Shown here one piece after another: positions 38,733 to 40,431 of a DNA stretch of 40,431 bases (positions within the stretch are counted from its first letter, which is position 1; each line of letters opens with the position of its first letter). The notes below the pieces were generated by a model. It saw only the letters and a program-made list of their open reading frames with translations. It did no database searches and was not told the DNA's origin. The position numbers and the translations under genes are program-made. This DNA is from Candidatus Saccharimonas sp. (GTDB taxonomy: Bacteria > Patescibacteriota > Saccharimonadia > Saccharimonadales > Saccharimonadaceae): NCBI GenBank assembly GCA_049293215.1, contig JBATSI010000044.1:1-40431 (forward strand), in the 5' to 3' direction.

Positions 38733-40431
38733 GGCGTTATCGTCCTTGTATTCGCACCGCCATTCGTAGACGACGCGTTTGTGTCAGTAGAAGACGAATT
38801 ATCATCTGCGTCATCGTCGTCTTTCGCTACACAGTTCGCTGTATCTTTCGAGTATTTTGCACTATCGTACGCGTCTTCATCTATTGTTACCACTTGTTGC
38901 GTCGCAATATCACATACGGAAATTTGCTTTGTCTTGCAGTCGGCTTCATTTTTTGAATACTTTGTTGCATCGAAATCATCTTCGTAGATTGATTCCATTT
39001 TCTTGCCACTAAGATTACATACTGTTATCTTTGTTCGTACCGTATTACACTGAATCGTTGGTAGCGCCCCTGCCAAGAAATACTCTTTATAAACGCCAGC
39101 ATTTGCGTTTGTTGCAAGCCCACCATTACTACTACACACATCTCGCTGTACAATCCCATCGGGTATCGAAAAGTTAACATTTGTTCGTCCAGCTAGTAGT
39201 TTTGTCATCGTATTGCGCCAAATCGGCCCCGCCATATCAGATCCACCGCTCTTCATGCTTGCATTATCGTTATTTCCTACCCACACGCCTACGACATACT
39301 CAGGATTATACCCAATAGTCCACGCGTCACGGTTGTCATTGGTTGTCCCCGTCTTTACTGCCACTGTATGACCGCTAACCGTCAAACTTGAACCAAATAT
39401 TCCCGCCCTTGCTGCATTGTCAGAGAGAATGCTCGATATAAGATATGCGCCGCCCCTACTAATCGCTTGTTTACTTGCTTCTGTTTGCCAGTCTATCTTG
39501 TTATCAAACTTATCTTTTACCTCTGTCACATATATTGGATCGTATTGCTGCCCTCCGTTTGCAAACGCTGCATATGCGTTCGTCATCTGTACGAGGGGTA
39601 CTTCCGCCGAACCAAGTGCGAGAGATAGCCCGTAGTTTTTGCTCTCATCAATCGTTGTAATGCCTAAGTTTTTTGCTGCTTGAACAGATTTTGATATACC
39701 ATATTTTTGCATTACCAACACACTTGGTATATTAAGCGACCAGTTAAGCGCCTTACGCGTCGAGACCATGCCATGCCACCTTCGGTCTGCATTGTATGGC
39801 GTATATCCTCCGCCAAAATCAGTCAATTTATCGTTATACATGGTTGATGCCGTAATAGCGCCATCGGCAAGGGCGTAAGAATAATAGATCGGCTTAAAGC
39901 TTGATCCTGGCTGACGAGCTGTCGTGGCCATATTGACCTTTCCCCAGTCCTTATTGTTATAGTCTGCACTTCCCACGAGTGCACGTACCTGTCCTGTCGT
40001 TGGATCCATAATGATGCCGCTTGCGTTACTGCCACCCATTTGATTAATGTAGCTCATTTGCCCGTTTATACTGTCCACAAGCGTTTGCTGCGTAGTAAGA
40101 TCAAGTGTCGTCTTAACTTGATAGCCCGAACGCATGACTTTCTCATAGCCATACTTGTCACTCAATTGCTTAATAACCATCTCAGCAAAGTGTGGAGCAA
40201 CAGAGTTAATCGTATCAGCAGACGATGCATAGTGAAGTTCTTCATTGAGTGCTGACTCCTTTTGCTCCTTCGTGATAAACTCATTCGTCACCATGCGCGA
40301 CAGCACCGTTTCTTGCCGCTGCTTTGCATATGTTGCATTACCGCTAATAGGTGAGTACGCACTTGGTGCCGGTAAGAGACCGACTAACATTGCACTCTCG
40401 GCAAGATCAAGATCTTTTGGCTCTTTGCCAA
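38729..40431 (-). CDS. Class A penicillin-binding protein (partial; 5' end outside the window)
   Basis: End of the transglycosylase domain (LAESAMLVGL), SxxK (GSSFKP), SLN, KTGT. The frame stays open to the window end. Confidence 0.93.
   Translation of the reverse strand, partial: GKEPKDLDLAESAMLVGLLPAPSAYSPISGNATYAKQRQETVLSRMVTNEFITKEQKESALNEELHYASSADTINSVAPHFAEMVIKQLSDKYGYEKVMRSGYQVKTTLDLTTQQTLVDSINGQMSYINQMGGSNASGIIMDPTTGQVRALVGSADYNNKDWGKVNMATTARQPGSSFKPIYYSYALADGAITASTMYNDKLTDFGGGYTPYNADRRWHGMVSTRKALNWSLNIPSVLVMQKYGISKSVQAAKNLGITTIDESKNYGLSLALGSAEVPLVQMTNAYAAFANGGQQYDPIYVTEVKDKFDNKIDWQTEASKQAISRGGAYLISSILSDNAARAGIFGSSLTVSGHTVAVKTGTTNDNRDAWTIGYNPEYVVGVWVGNNDNASMKSGGSDMAGPIWRNTMTKLLAGRTNVNFSIPDGIVQRDVCSSNGGLATNANAGVYKEYFLAGALPTIQCNTVRTKITVCNLSGKKMESIYEDDFDATKYSKNEADCKTKQISVCDIATQQVVTIDEDAYDSAKYSKDTANCVAKDDDDADDNSSSTDTNASSTNGGANTRTITP

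Overview
This 40.4 kb window looks like a Candidatus Saccharibacteria (TM7, Patescibacteria/CPR) chromosome segment. That is an inference from the many type IV pilins, short TsaB, mostly leaderless promoters and gene order. The right half (22.6-40.4 kb) is core: gpmA, eno, a sortase, rny, tsaB/tsaE, a pilB-pilC-pilMNO operon, recX, recA, ruvB, ruvA and a partial class A PBP. The left half is accessory: four pilin genes, OpgC and GT39 surface-modification genes, tRNA-Pro, a DUF1704 peptidase and an IS30. Two results stand out. (1) Positions 9024-20423 form one 11.4 kb IS1595-family cargo transposon, with 25-bp terminal inverted repeats (21/25 identical) and a perfect 8-bp target duplication, TCACGCAT. 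Its cargo resembles a peptidyl-nucleoside antibiotic pathway (blasticidin/mildiomycin/amicetin type): a CMP-hydrolase-like NDT, a cytosylglucuronate-synthase-like GT, a DegT-methyltransferase fusion, a GT4, a LysRS-I-like enzyme with no anticodon domain, a kinase and a phosphatase. It also carries an asymmetric ABC-F, a replication-relaxation protein and an unannotated Lys-rich peptide. (2) All four accessory pilin genes have TTGACA promoters with G/C homopolymer tracts in off-optimal spacers (11, 15, 19 and 15 bp), suggesting a phase-variable pilin repertoire. All assignments come from reading motifs by eye; no database searches were run.
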